Shown here: piece after piece, positions 8,474-17,692 of the stretch
Numbering within the stretch: position 1 is the first letter of the stretch
Layout: every line of letters begins with the position of its first letter
IMG/VR virus record: IMGVR_UViG_3300034358_000044
Location: 96,001-160,000 of that record
Length of the DNA stretch: 64,000 bases
Strand: one strand, 5' to 3'
From: a virus
Translations under genes and position numbers: made by a program
The notes under the pieces: generated by a model
The model's database searches: none
Told to the model about the DNA's origin: nothing
Seen by the model: the letters and a program-made list of their open reading frames with translations, nothing else

Positions 8474-8982
8474 TCCTGCGTCTCCATGTAGGCCTGTCGG
8501 ACTTCGAGGTACGTCTGCCAGAGAATGATGGCGTACATCCTCAGCGGGGAATCGTCCTTGAATGAAACGACGCAGGAGCTTCTGGCTCTGTAGTCGTCCT
8601 TCTTGATGACGAAGGTCTTTCCCGCTGACTTGAGGGCGAAGTCGAATACGGCGTCGTGATGTATATGCATGTCCTGAAACACACCGTAGTCGAGGACGGC
8701 CAGCTTCTTCGACTGACCTCCAGCCCCAACGAACTCGACCTGCATCACCCAGCCCTCGCCCCCACCCTTCAGGGCCTCCAGAGCTATCTTCTCCAGGTCT
8801 GCCTTCTTGAGGGTGTAGGAGTCGCTCTTGGTGAACTTACACTCTCCACGGATGTTACCCATGGAGCGAAAGTCCCCCTTGGCGAAACCGCTGGACCCAC
8901 TCCCGCTCTGCATCTGCCCGCCAACATCACGGGCAGCGCGCTTCTCCTGAAGCCTGCTCCTGCGCTGCGAGTAGCTCTTCAT
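8470..8982 (-). CDS. Hjc-like PD-(D/E)xK nuclease, putative resolvase
   Basis: QEKRAARDVGG...SGSG...KGDFR...GECKFT. Confidence 0.6.
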   Translation of the reverse strand: MKSYSQRRSRLQEKRAARDVGGQMQSGSGSSGFAKGDFRSMGNIRGECKFTKSDSYTLKKADLEKIALEALKGGGEGWVMQVEFVGAGGQSKKLAVLDYGVFQDMHIHHDAVFDFALKSAGKTFVIKKDDYRARSSCVVSFKDDSPLRMYAIILWQTYLEVRQAYMETQE

Positions 8983-8985
8983 CGG

Positions 8986-10293
8986 TCACTTCCAGTTCTT
9001 GTAGTCCATGTCGATTTTCTGCTTCTTGAAGCACTGGTCTCGGATGAAGTCCATGAGGGACTCTTCCTTCTTCTGGGCGGATTCGATGACATCGTCGGCC
9101 AAGGCCTGGCAGAACTTGTCAGCCCCCTGAGCTCTCATCAGGAACTCCTTGGGGTTCTCTGGATCGGGAATGCCGAGCCAGGCACCAGAAGCCTCGATGA
9201 CTCCGTTCTGCACTCCAGCTACAAGAGCATCACGGTAGAAGTCGGCGCTGTTGTTGCTGAACAGGTAGTTGAAGGCTCCTCGTGCTCCTTCGTGGATACC
9301 TGCCTTGCCCTTCTCGATCTTCCAGTTGACTTCCTTGCCGACCGACATGAACTTCTGAGTCGTTCCGCCAGGGCCGTAGACGGGGACGTAGCCCCCGAGC
9401 TGCTTCCCGCTGGAGATGTACAGGTCCACGAACTTGGCGTGCTCCAGTGCGTGGCCACCGGTCGTCCTGTACCCCTTGCCAGTCTTGTCCCCGATGTCGT
9501 CGCGTACCTGGTTGATGACGATGATGCAGGTGTCCCGGGTGCGCCCGTACTGGTCCCTGATGGTGAGGAGCGAGGACAGCTTCCTCATGAACTGGGTGAT
9601 GGGCTTGGCAGCGCCGCCGTACACCTTCTCTGTCATCGACTCCTGCTCGGACTCCTGCTCGGATTCGATGCCTCCGATGCTGTCCAGAACAATGAGGTGG
9701 TAGATGTTCTGCTCGACTGCAGCCAGGATGATGTCGAAGAGGAGCTCGGCACTCTCAGCATGAGTCTCGTGAATCTCCCCGACCTGATGGCGCATCTCCA
9801 TCATCTCTTGGTTAGTGTATGGAGGCCACCCATTGGCTTGACGACCGGCGTTCATTCGCTCGATGTCTTCATCCGCCAGAGCCACCCTCACCCCAGCAAG
9901 ACGTCCCTGGGTCTTGTCGGCGCGCATCTCGTTCATCGCCAGCAGGGTCATCATCTTGTTCCCCAGGATGCTCTGGAGCTGTCGAATGACCTGCCAGTAG
10001 ACGTAGCTCTTGCCTGCGTTCTTCGGTCCTACGAGCTGGGAGACTCCACTGGAGGGGAAGCCACCACGGAGCTCTAGGTCCAGAGTCAGGAGCCCTGTGG
10101 GGAGCCGCTTGGTGATGTACGGCATGGAGAGCTCTGAGGCAGGGCAAATCTCCGCCCTGCCGTGCATCTTCTTGTTGAACTCCTCCATGAGGGACTGCGC
10201 GAGTTCGTTACGGGACGGAGCGTCATCATCAGAGCTGCTCTTGCGTTTGACTTTGGGCGCAGAAGTCTCTGCACCCTTCTTCTTAGATGCCAT
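8986..10293 (-). CDS. recA: RecA/UvsX-like recombinase
   Basis: LPTGLLTLDLELRGG, GPKNAGKS, IVLDSI, INQVRD, TGGHALEH. Confidence 0.92.
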   Translation of the reverse strand: MASKKKGAETSAPKVKRKSSSDDDAPSRNELAQSLMEEFNKKMHGRAEICPASELSMPYITKRLPTGLLTLDLELRGGFPSSGVSQLVGPKNAGKSYVYWQVIRQLQSILGNKMMTLLAMNEMRADKTQGRLAGVRVALADEDIERMNAGRQANGWPPYTNQEMMEMRHQVGEIHETHAESAELLFDIILAAVEQNIYHLIVLDSIGGIESEQESEQESMTEKVYGGAAKPITQFMRKLSSLLTIRDQYGRTRDTCIIVINQVRDDIGDKTGKGYRTTGGHALEHAKFVDLYISSGKQLGGYVPVYGPGGTTQKFMSVGKEVNWKIEKGKAGIHEGARGAFNYLFSNNSADFYRDALVAGVQNGVIEASGAWLGIPDPENPKEFLMRAQGADKFCQALADDVIESAQKKEESLMDFIRDQCFKKQKIDMDYKNWK

Positions 10294-10319
10294 TTCTTCT
10301 CCAGTTGTAGGAAGTCAGT

Positions 10320-10763
10320 TCACTTCTGAAGCGGATCCTTGACGCGCTTCTCCCACGGCTCGACGCCGCAGAACTTGCACTTCTTCGGCTCCTCCAACTT
10401 CGATCCGCACTGAGGGCAGAGCGATCCGACAGCACCTGTCTTGTTCATTCCATCGTCTTCGAGAACAACTCCGAGCTTTTCGATCATGTGCTCCTCCGGT
10501 GCTTCAGACAGCTTCGACCCAGGCACGAACGAGTAGTGCTGGAACCTGAGCGTCGTCCTGGGGGTCAGCTCTTTTCCAAAGGCGACTCCCCCGCGAGTCT
10601 TCCTCTGCGTGAAGCGGCCGAAGCTGGGAATCTTCACCTCGCCGCCACTGACGATGATGTGCGTCTCGATGCGATTGAAGGTGGCGTAGAGAATCTCCTT
10701 CACCACCTTCTTCGGCTGACCGGTCTTCTTTGCGACTGACTCCACCAATTCGATAAACGTCAT
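10320..10763 (-). CDS. HU/IHF-like DNA-binding protein with C-terminal Zn ribbon
   Basis: ATG 10763 with AGGAG RBS; MTFIELVESVAKKTG...VKIPSFGRF; tail CPQCG...CKFCG. Confidence 0.85.
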   Translation of the reverse strand: MTFIELVESVAKKTGQPKKVVKEILYATFNRIETHIIVSGGEVKIPSFGRFTQRKTRGGVAFGKELTPRTTLRFQHYSFVPGSKLSEAPEEHMIEKLGVVLEDDGMNKTGAVGSLCPQCGSKLEEPKKCKFCGVEPWEKRVKDPLQK

Positions 10764-10789
10764 ACCACTCCTGTCAACGTGTGAGTGTA

Positions 10790-10822
10790 CTACTTCGCAG
10801 TGCCCCAAGTATGCCCCGAACC
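10790..10822 (-). repeat. copy 1 of the polA 3' end (GSGHTWGTAK-stop), read as the HNH C-terminus
   Basis: GGT TCG GGG CAT ACT TGG GGC ACT GCG AAG TAG; shares an exact 14 bp CCCCAAGTATGCCC (plus strand) with copy 2. Confidence 0.95.
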
Positions 10823-11539
10823 AAGACCGAGAGTAGCTTTGTAGTCGTTGAAGAGCTTCAAGCGTCTCTTGATGCCTTCTTTAGCCTTTCGGTCGATTCG
10901 CACAAACTTCCCGCTCTGGAAGATTGCCCAGCCCCTATGGATCATCATGTGGTGGGTAGGGCACAGAAGGTGGGTCTTGGACTGCTTGTTAGAGCCCTTC
11001 CTAGTAAACTCCTCGTGGTGTTCATCGAGGATGAGTGTTTCTCCACAGACCTCGCAAGCCCCACGAAGCCCTAGAAGGTTTTTGTAGACCCCCTTCAGTC
11101 TTCGGTGGGAATGCTTGTTTCCGTGCTCTTTGCAGCAGTACCTTTTCCCGCTACCTCCATTACCCCCAAAACCGGGTCTCCTACCTGGGTGAGTCATCCA
11201 AATCTTGTTGTCGCACTCAGGAAGAGCACAAAGAACAAGAGTTGAGATTACCCCCCGCTCCTCACGGGAGAAGTGTAACTTCATATGCTGTCTACAGCAG
11301 AATCGCCCCCTACCCATCGTAGATTGGAAGTCCTTACCGCACTCAGGAAGTTGGCACTTTTTCTGAATATCTACTCGGGTGGGGAATCCTCTACTCTTGA
11401 GCAGGTAGGCGATGTTCTCTGTGGTGGTCCCTCGTTTCTTGGCTAGTTCTTTCAGGGACCACCCTTTCTGGAGCAGCTTCCAAAGCTTCTCTATTTCACT
11501 CGTAGGAAGCTTGCTAGTGGACCACTGTTTGGGTCTCAT
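10790..11539 (-). CDS. free-standing HNH homing endonuclease with HTH and Zn fingers
   Basis: CEVCG...DEHH...HLLCPTHHMMIH; repeated CxLPEC and CCxxH units; more A/T-ending codons than the flanks. Confidence 0.85.
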   Translation of the reverse strand: MRPKQWSTSKLPTSEIEKLWKLLQKGWSLKELAKKRGTTTENIAYLLKSRGFPTRVDIQKKCQLPECGKDFQSTMGRGRFCCRQHMKLHFSREERGVISTLVLCALPECDNKIWMTHPGRRPGFGGNGGSGKRYCCKEHGNKHSHRRLKGVYKNLLGLRGACEVCGETLILDEHHEEFTRKGSNKQSKTHLLCPTHHMMIHRGWAIFQSGKFVRIDRKAKEGIKRRLKLFNDYKATLGLGSGHTWGTAK

Positions 11540-11578
11540 ACTTCGTATTGTACCTCATTTCCCATCGTTGAAGAAGTC

Positions 11579-11611
11579 CTATTTAGCCGTTCCCCAAGTA
11601 TGCCCGCTACC
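11579..11611 (-). repeat. copy 2 of the polA 3' end (GSGHTWGTAK-stop)
   Basis: GGT AGC GGG CAT ACT TGG GGA ACG GCT AAA TAG; synonymous variant of copy 1. Confidence 0.95.
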
Positions 11612-13705
11612 GGCAGATGCCGGCAGAGGAACTCGAAGCTGAAGCTCACCGAACGGGTGCTCCATCAGGTACTTCGCCCTGGCTTTCACCTTGGCGGCAT
11701 TCTCCTCTGGGCACTCGAAGATGAGCTCGTCGTGAATCTGCAGCAGGAGTTCAGCGCCGAGCTGCTTCAACTCTTCATCGTCTTCACACAGGAGCATGGC
11801 CGCTTTGGCGATGTCTGAGGCCGTGCCTTGAATGATGCTGTTCACCGCCTGCCGCTCGGCCTGAGCGGAGTCCTTCTTCTGCATGCCAGTGAGAGAACCG
11901 AAGCGGCGCAGACGACCGACGATGGTCGTCACGATACCAGTCCGCCAGAGCTCCATCTTCGTCGCCTCGATGTACGTCTTCACACCGGGGAAGACGCTGA
12001 ACCACTTCTTGATGAGCTGCATGCCCTCTTCGTCGCTCACGAAGCGCTTCAGTTCCTGGGTGAGGTTGGCCGCGAGGTGAGACCCACCGATGCCGTAGAT
12101 GATGCCGAAGCCTGTCGCCTTTGCAGCCTGCCGGTAGAACAGGAGCTCGATTTCCCTCTCCGTCAGTGGGGCACTTCTCCTTCCCTCGTTGACAGCCTTC
12201 TCAGCCTTCTTGGCCGCCATGACGTCGTCGTAGGGAATACCGTACATCTCCGCCACCGTGAGGCAGTGAAGATCGGTACCATCTCGGATGGCACCAATCA
12301 TCTTCTCGTCGCCAGAGAAGTGCGCCATCAGACGCATCTCCAACTGCTCGTAGTCGGCTACGACGAGGATTTTCCTCGCAGCATGAATGAACGCCTCTCG
12401 AATCTTGAAGGCGTCCTCACTGAGGCGGGGGATGTTCTGCAGGTTGGGGTTCGACGAGCTCAGGCGCATGGTGACCGCGCCCGTCTGATTCAGCCTGGTG
12501 TGGATGCGGTAGAACGGGTCCAGGTGTTCCTGCAGGCCCTCGACGTAGGTGCCGTGAGTCTTCTTGATGGACCTGTACCGCAGCAGTTTCATCGCCCACT
12601 CGTCTCCCTGGCCAGCCCAGAAGTCGAGAGTGTCGAAGTCTGTGGAGGGCTTCTTGATTCCCGACGTCCCTCCCTTGGTCATCTTCACCGGTTCCTTCTT
12701 GAGGTGGTCGAAGAAGAACCAGGAGACGTCGGCAGTGGCGTTGAGGTTGATGACCCTTCCCGTGTACCGGTTGAAGTCCCTCTGAATCTCGTCCATCTCC
12801 TTCCGCATGGGGCCGTCCTGTTCCATCAGGTGGCCCTTGTCCACGGTGATGCCTCGGCGTTCCAGCTTCCAGAGCAGCTTGGTGAAGGGCACCTCCACTC
12901 GATGGAAGTAGTCCCTCAAATTCTTCGCTGAAGAGAAGTTCGAGTAGATGGGTTGCTGGGTCAGCAGCTCATCGAAGTAGAGCCGCAGCATGTGGGAGTT
13001 GTAGGCGTCGAGAGAGGCGTAGTCAGTGGCCGACTCGAACTTGTGAAGAGCTTCCTGGTAGGCGTGAATCAGTGCCTCGTAGTCAAGCTGCTTCTCCCGT
13101 GCGTCCTCTGAGTTGTACCAGTCCGTCGCAGGTGGCGGTGGAGGAGCTGGTACGGTGAACGCCTTCCTCACCATGTCTCCCACGGTGGGGTTGAGGTTTC
13201 TCCCGGTGAGCTTGTCGGTCTTCTTGGGGAGAATCTTGCCGAAGGTGTCCTGAAAGGTTGGAGTCGTTCTTCCGAACCTGTCGCTGACACTCTCTTTCAG
13301 ACCGTGACGCCCTTGGTTGTTCTCGTTGTCGAGGAAGCTCTGGACGATGGTGTCTCGCCAGTCTCCTGCTTTCGACAGGTCGGCTCCCGTGTTGGCGAAC
13401 ATGTGGGCATCGAACTTCGCGTTGGTGAAGTCGAGGTTGATGTCCGGGTTTTCGAGAATCGGCTCCTTGAAGATGGGGATGAACTCTGCCGGAAGACAGA
13501 TGCGTTGTTGTGCATCCGCCAGCGACCAGACGATGACCCGGTCACTCTTCGTGTCGAGTCCCGACGTCTCAGAGTCGATGCCGAGTCCGTTGTTCAGCTC
13601 GTGTGATTGGAGGAAGTACTTCACCCATTCTCGTGCTTCTACTTCTCTCCCCACCCAGCGTCCGGAGGGGATACTCATGTCGAACGTGAAAGCCATGATC
13701 TTCAC
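11579..13705 (-). CDS. polA: family A DNA polymerase with 3'-5' exonuclease, no 5'-3' exonuclease domain
   Basis: DSETSG, NAKFD, YASLDA; DYEQLEMR, RQAAKATGFGIIYG, QIHDEL. Confidence 0.97.
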   Translation of the reverse strand: MKIMAFTFDMSIPSGRWVGREVEAREWVKYFLQSHELNNGLGIDSETSGLDTKSDRVIVWSLADAQQRICLPAEFIPIFKEPILENPDINLDFTNAKFDAHMFANTGADLSKAGDWRDTIVQSFLDNENNQGRHGLKESVSDRFGRTTPTFQDTFGKILPKKTDKLTGRNLNPTVGDMVRKAFTVPAPPPPPATDWYNSEDAREKQLDYEALIHAYQEALHKFESATDYASLDAYNSHMLRLYFDELLTQQPIYSNFSSAKNLRDYFHRVEVPFTKLLWKLERRGITVDKGHLMEQDGPMRKEMDEIQRDFNRYTGRVINLNATADVSWFFFDHLKKEPVKMTKGGTSGIKKPSTDFDTLDFWAGQGDEWAMKLLRYRSIKKTHGTYVEGLQEHLDPFYRIHTRLNQTGAVTMRLSSSNPNLQNIPRLSEDAFKIREAFIHAARKILVVADYEQLEMRLMAHFSGDEKMIGAIRDGTDLHCLTVAEMYGIPYDDVMAAKKAEKAVNEGRRSAPLTEREIELLFYRQAAKATGFGIIYGIGGSHLAANLTQELKRFVSDEEGMQLIKKWFSVFPGVKTYIEATKMELWRTGIVTTIVGRLRRFGSLTGMQKKDSAQAERQAVNSIIQGTASDIAKAAMLLCEDDEELKQLGAELLLQIHDELIFECPEENAAKVKARAKYLMEHPFGELQLRVPLPASAGSGHTWGTAK

Positions 13706-13717
13706 TCACATGGAAAG

Positions 13718-13751
13718 GTGGGGCCTGCCCATTGCTGACCGCAGGCCCCAC
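13718..13751. terminator. 11-bp perfect inverted repeat between the SSB-like gene and polA
   Basis: GTGGGGCCTGC-N12-GCAGGCCCCAC; no strong U-tract. Confidence 0.45.
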
Positions 13752-13767
13752 ATGTTGGACTACTGGA

Positions 13768-15231
13768 CTACTGCGGCTTGCCGTAGTTGGGCGGGACGAG
13801 AGGAACGAAGGGCATCGGACCCGTGGCCTGACCGGGCTGCGGTGCCTGCTGCGCGTACGGCTGGTACGGGGCCGCCATCCCGGGCTGCGGGAGAGGCGCT
13901 CCCATGTTCGGCTGGAACGGCTGGCCCATGTTCGGCTGGGGAGCGAACATCTGGGACGGCTGCTGGGGCATCGTGTAGGGAACAGGCTGGGCGTGGCCAG
14001 GCTGCTGGGGGAACTGCTGGGGGTTGTAGGCGCCCATCTGAGGCCCCATCGGCTGCTGGTAGCCCATCTGGGGGCCTCCGGAGGGAAGCGGCAGCTTCAG
14101 GCGGAAGGCCTGGTCCTGCAGCGTCCGAGGCTTGAGGTTCTCCTCGAAGTCGTAGAGCTTGCCCGTCTCCACGATGAACTCCCGCATGGTCTTGCCGCCG
14201 AGGAACGCAGGGTCCACGGTACGGGCGAAGTCCTCGATGGTCTTGTGGGGCAGACCCTGGGTGATGTGGCTCTTCGTGCCCTCACCCTGGCGCATGCCGT
14301 AGACGACGACGTCGAAGATGGAGAGCTGCAACCCCTTCGCGTTCTGCGCTTCGCAGGTCTCGCAGGAGATGATCTCCTTCAGCAGCACCGGCCTGTTGCA
14401 CCGCATGCAGGGGTACGGACGGATGACGTCCTGAGCGATTTGCTCGTCGCTCCTGGGGTCGTTCGCCATGTCCACGATGAGCGTGTTGCAGATGGGGCAG
14501 GAGAAGCCATCCGTGACGAGCTGGGAGTGGCAGTTGCCGCACTGCGACGAGATGACTTGGTCGAGCCCTTCGATGTCCGAGAGGTGGCCCTTGCCGAGAT
14601 CGAGGTAGCGCCTCTTCCCGAAGATGGTGGTCAGCGACCGGGGGTCGTACCCAGGCCACGGATCCTTGCCCGGAGCCGGGGGCAGAGGCTGCTCTCCCCT
14701 CAACACCCTGCAGAAGTTGCAGGTGCGGCCCTCGCACTCGGAGGTGATCATCACCGGCCCCGAGTTGTCGTTCTTCATGACGATGCCGCCCTTCTCTCGA
14801 TCGAGCAGAGGGTGGCCGTGGTAGTACGCGAGGTGGACGATGGTGAAGCAGAACGCATCTCCCACGCCGATGGACTTGTCTCCCGAGTCCACCGCGAAGC
14901 AGCCCACGCACGGCTGGGGGTTGTGGGGGTCGTTGCCGGCCGAGCAGATCTCGTCAGCGAACCACTCCTTCCCGCCCTGCATCAGCTTGCGCTTGTGGAC
15001 CCGGTACTTGAAGTACGGGTTGATGACGGGCTTGGCCCGGCCCGTGGCGGGATCCATCTCGACCTGCTCGGGAGCAGGATTGGGATCGACGTACTCCCCC
15101 TTCATGAGGATGATGGGCGAGCCGGGCTGAGTGGTCGGCAGCCGGTACTTGTCGTACCAGGCCCCCTTCGACTTCCCACCCTTCTTCTTCGTGTCCGCCG
15201 CAACGCTACGACGGAAGCTAGTCATTACCAT
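13768..15231 (-). CDS. putative ssDNA-binding protein, multi-Zn-finger with P/Q-rich tail
   Basis: lies between primase and polA; many CxxC pairs; MRQGEGTKS resembles the phage SSB RxGxG loop; function inferred. Confidence 0.45.
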   Translation of the reverse strand: MVMTSFRRSVAADTKKKGGKSKGAWYDKYRLPTTQPGSPIILMKGEYVDPNPAPEQVEMDPATGRAKPVINPYFKYRVHKRKLMQGGKEWFADEICSAGNDPHNPQPCVGCFAVDSGDKSIGVGDAFCFTIVHLAYYHGHPLLDREKGGIVMKNDNSGPVMITSECEGRTCNFCRVLRGEQPLPPAPGKDPWPGYDPRSLTTIFGKRRYLDLGKGHLSDIEGLDQVISSQCGNCHSQLVTDGFSCPICNTLIVDMANDPRSDEQIAQDVIRPYPCMRCNRPVLLKEIISCETCEAQNAKGLQLSIFDVVVYGMRQGEGTKSHITQGLPHKTIEDFARTVDPAFLGGKTMREFIVETGKLYDFEENLKPRTLQDQAFRLKLPLPSGGPQMGYQQPMGPQMGAYNPQQFPQQPGHAQPVPYTMPQQPSQMFAPQPNMGQPFQPNMGAPLPQPGMAAPYQPYAQQAPQPGQATGPMPFVPLVPPNYGKPQ

Positions 15232-16294
15232 GTGCTGCTCCTTGATTGATGTACTTCAGGAACGTCATCTTCTTGCTCACGAGTTCTGGTACTGCACTCT
15301 CTTCGTAGTCGTCTGGCTGCGTCTCGAAGTCACCCGCTGGGTACGGAACGACGCTGACCTTCCCGTGCATCGGCTTCCAGAGAAGGTCACCTACCATGCC
15401 TGTTGCCCTGATTCCTGCTGCGTCGTTGTCGAGAAACAAGACCACGTCCCAACCCAAGAGGTGAAGCATCTGCTGCTGCTTGTCGCTGATGTAGCTACCC
15501 ATCAGGGCCACGGTGTTCTCGAACCCGCTCTGCATCATCCAGAGGCAGGCCTTGAATCCCTCGACCAAAAACACCGTACCAGCAGGGTCTGACATTCTTC
15601 GGGCCCAGAGCCGGTGGAAGTTCCACAAGTAGTCGTGGTTCTCGCACCGGTACCCAGCAAAGTCCGCATCCTCGTCGAACCAAGTACCGAAATCGCTTGG
15701 GATAGTCTTCCCGTCCAGGCCTTTGTGCTTCCCCTGGTAGACCCGGTACTTCTGGTGCAGGTGCTGCTGGGTGAACTCCGTGATGCCCCCGGAGAAGCCG
15801 GCCAGGTTCCCGAACATGTCCCTCAGTGGGTACATGATGCGGTGGTTGGTCCGGTCGTACCCCACGTCCATTCTCTTCAGGATGTCCTCTCGGAATCCGT
15901 CTTGGACGAGCTTGGTGGGGCATACCTCATAGACCCCCAGTATGGACTCTGGGAGAATGATGTTCGCCTTGAAGGGTTCCCTGTTGACGAACTTGTGTTT
16001 CTTCTCGACCTGTTGAAGGGCTCTCTGTCGTTCGAGGTACGGCTCCAGGGACTTCGTCTCGGCGTCAATGGTCGAAGCCGGGACACTCAACTTCTGCAGA
16101 AGGGTGCGAATCGAACCCTTCTCATGACAAGTGAAGCAGTGAAACAGCCCCTTCTCCACGTTCACTGAGAAGGACGGCTTTCGTTCCTGCCCGTCCTTGT
16201 GGAAGGGGCAGGTGGTGATGATTTGATTCTCACCAGATGGCTTGAGCGACCCGGGCATGTACTTGCCCAGCATCGCCAACACCTGTTCCCTCAT
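15218..16294 (-). CDS. dnaG: DnaG-type DNA primase
   Basis: CPFH...SFSVN...FHCFTC Zn finger; TOPRIM LVEGFKAC and LFLDNDAAG. Confidence 0.93.
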   Translation of the reverse strand: MREQVLAMLGKYMPGSLKPSGENQIITTCPFHKDGQERKPSFSVNVEKGLFHCFTCHEKGSIRTLLQKLSVPASTIDAETKSLEPYLERQRALQQVEKKHKFVNREPFKANIILPESILGVYEVCPTKLVQDGFREDILKRMDVGYDRTNHRIMYPLRDMFGNLAGFSGGITEFTQQHLHQKYRVYQGKHKGLDGKTIPSDFGTWFDEDADFAGYRCENHDYLWNFHRLWARRMSDPAGTVFLVEGFKACLWMMQSGFENTVALMGSYISDKQQQMLHLLGWDVVLFLDNDAAGIRATGMVGDLLWKPMHGKVSVVPYPAGDFETQPDDYEESAVPELVSKKMTFLKYINQGAAHGND

Positions 16295-16297
16295 TGG

Positions 16298-17692
16298 CTA
16301 CCTCTCGAACCTGCCCCGTGAGGGCAGCGTTGGATCCTCTGCTGGGCGCTGGAACTGCGCCGCCTTCTTCGGTTTCTCCTCATCTTCGAAGTCTGTTGCA
16401 GCAAGCGGCCTCTTGAAGCTGAAGTCGTTTGCTGGCTCTCCGTTGATGACCATTCCTTCGAAGATGCCATCCCTCATGGCGGTGGCGGTCATGATGACCT
16501 CGGTGACCTTCCTCTTGGTGGTCTCGCTGATGTACTCCTTCTTCTTGAGGTGGAAGACCGCGTCAGCATCCTGTCCGATGGCGTCGGCGTAGGCCAAACC
16601 GGACAGCTCCTGGTCCTTGCTCTTCTCGGAGCCACGGTTGGCTTGGGTGATGCCGATGACAGGAATCTTCTCGTTCCTCGCCATACGCTTCAAGTCTTGG
16701 CTGACGTGGGCGACGTTCTTCCAGTCGATGGCCAGGGACTTGGTCCTGTCGTCTGGCATGAGGTACATGCCGTCCACGACAACCAGATCCGGTTTGTCCT
16801 CTCGCACCTTGGCTGCGAGCCAGGAGACACCGCCACCTCCTCCTTCATTAGTGATGACCTTGATGTACGGCTGAGTGCCGGTGTACTGACTGGCGCTCGT
16901 CTCGTCGTCCTTGAGCTCCTGCAGCTTGAGGAAGACCAGCTCCTTCATGTGGGGCTGGAGGGTTCCACGGATGAACTTGTCGTAGTCCACTCCGCAGAAG
17001 AGGCAGGCCATACGTCGAATGACTTGGTCAGGAGTGAGCTCAAGAGAATAGATGAGCACCTTCCTTCGGCAGTTGCGGTAGGCGTGGGTCGCCATGTGGA
17101 GCCCCACCCACGTCTTCATCTGCTTGGGGCGGGCGTAGAGGATGATGAGCTGCCCCTCCTGCATCCCCTGAGTCGCGGCATTCAGCGGCTCCCAGGGGAA
17201 GGGAATGCCGAGGAGTCCGTGCCCGGCCTGCACCATCTCGTAGTTGCTGAGGAGCTGGTTGTAGGCATTCGACAGGGACATGTCTTGGCCGACCTGTGAG
17301 AGGGAGGCGATCTTCGACGTCTCCGCCTTCAGCACGGCCATGGCCGCCATTGGATCACGCTCGGCCAGCTCCGAGACGTTCTGCGAGAGCAACTGGAGCT
17401 CGATGTAGACCTTCTGCTTGCGGAGCTCGGCTGCCAGTACCGGCACCGTGTCGTTGCTGGGGTGCGGGTAGAAGCTGTTGGGGAAGTGCATCTGGATGAG
17501 CTCCAGGCTGGGCACCTCTCCTGCTGTAGCGGGCGAGTGATACGTGAAGCGCATGAAGCGGTAGACTTCCTTGGCCAGCGGAGTGAAGAAGAACTCCTCC
17601 GTTATCTGAGCCTTCTCCAGCGCCTGGAAGTTCCTGTCGTAAATGACCCTCGTCAGCAGGGCCAACTCGATTTGGTTGGTCGTATCGGTCAC
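16298..17692 (-). CDS. dnaB: DnaB-like replicative helicase
   Basis: start moved to GTG 17692; ARPKQMKT Walker-A-like, YSLE, VVVDG, LKRMARNEKIPVIGITQANR, YADAIGQDAD. Confidence 0.88.
   Translation of the reverse strand: MTDTTNQIELALLTRVIYDRNFQALEKAQITEEFFFTPLAKEVYRFMRFTYHSPATAGEVPSLELIQMHFPNSFYPHPSNDTVPVLAAELRKQKVYIELQLLSQNVSELAERDPMAAMAVLKAETSKIASLSQVGQDMSLSNAYNQLLSNYEMVQAGHGLLGIPFPWEPLNAATQGMQEGQLIILYARPKQMKTWVGLHMATHAYRNCRRKVLIYSLELTPDQVIRRMACLFCGVDYDKFIRGTLQPHMKELVFLKLQELKDDETSASQYTGTQPYIKVITNEGGGGGVSWLAAKVREDKPDLVVVDGMYLMPDDRTKSLAIDWKNVAHVSQDLKRMARNEKIPVIGITQANRGSEKSKDQELSGLAYADAIGQDADAVFHLKKKEYISETTKRKVTEVIMTATAMRDGIFEGMVINGEPANDFSFKRPLAATDFEDEEKPKKAAQFQRPAEDPTLPSRGRFER

Noticed and set aside
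11540-11578. Group I intron or amber read-through linking polA to the HNH
   Set aside because: 39 nt is too short for an intron core, and the in-frame spacer contains a TGA
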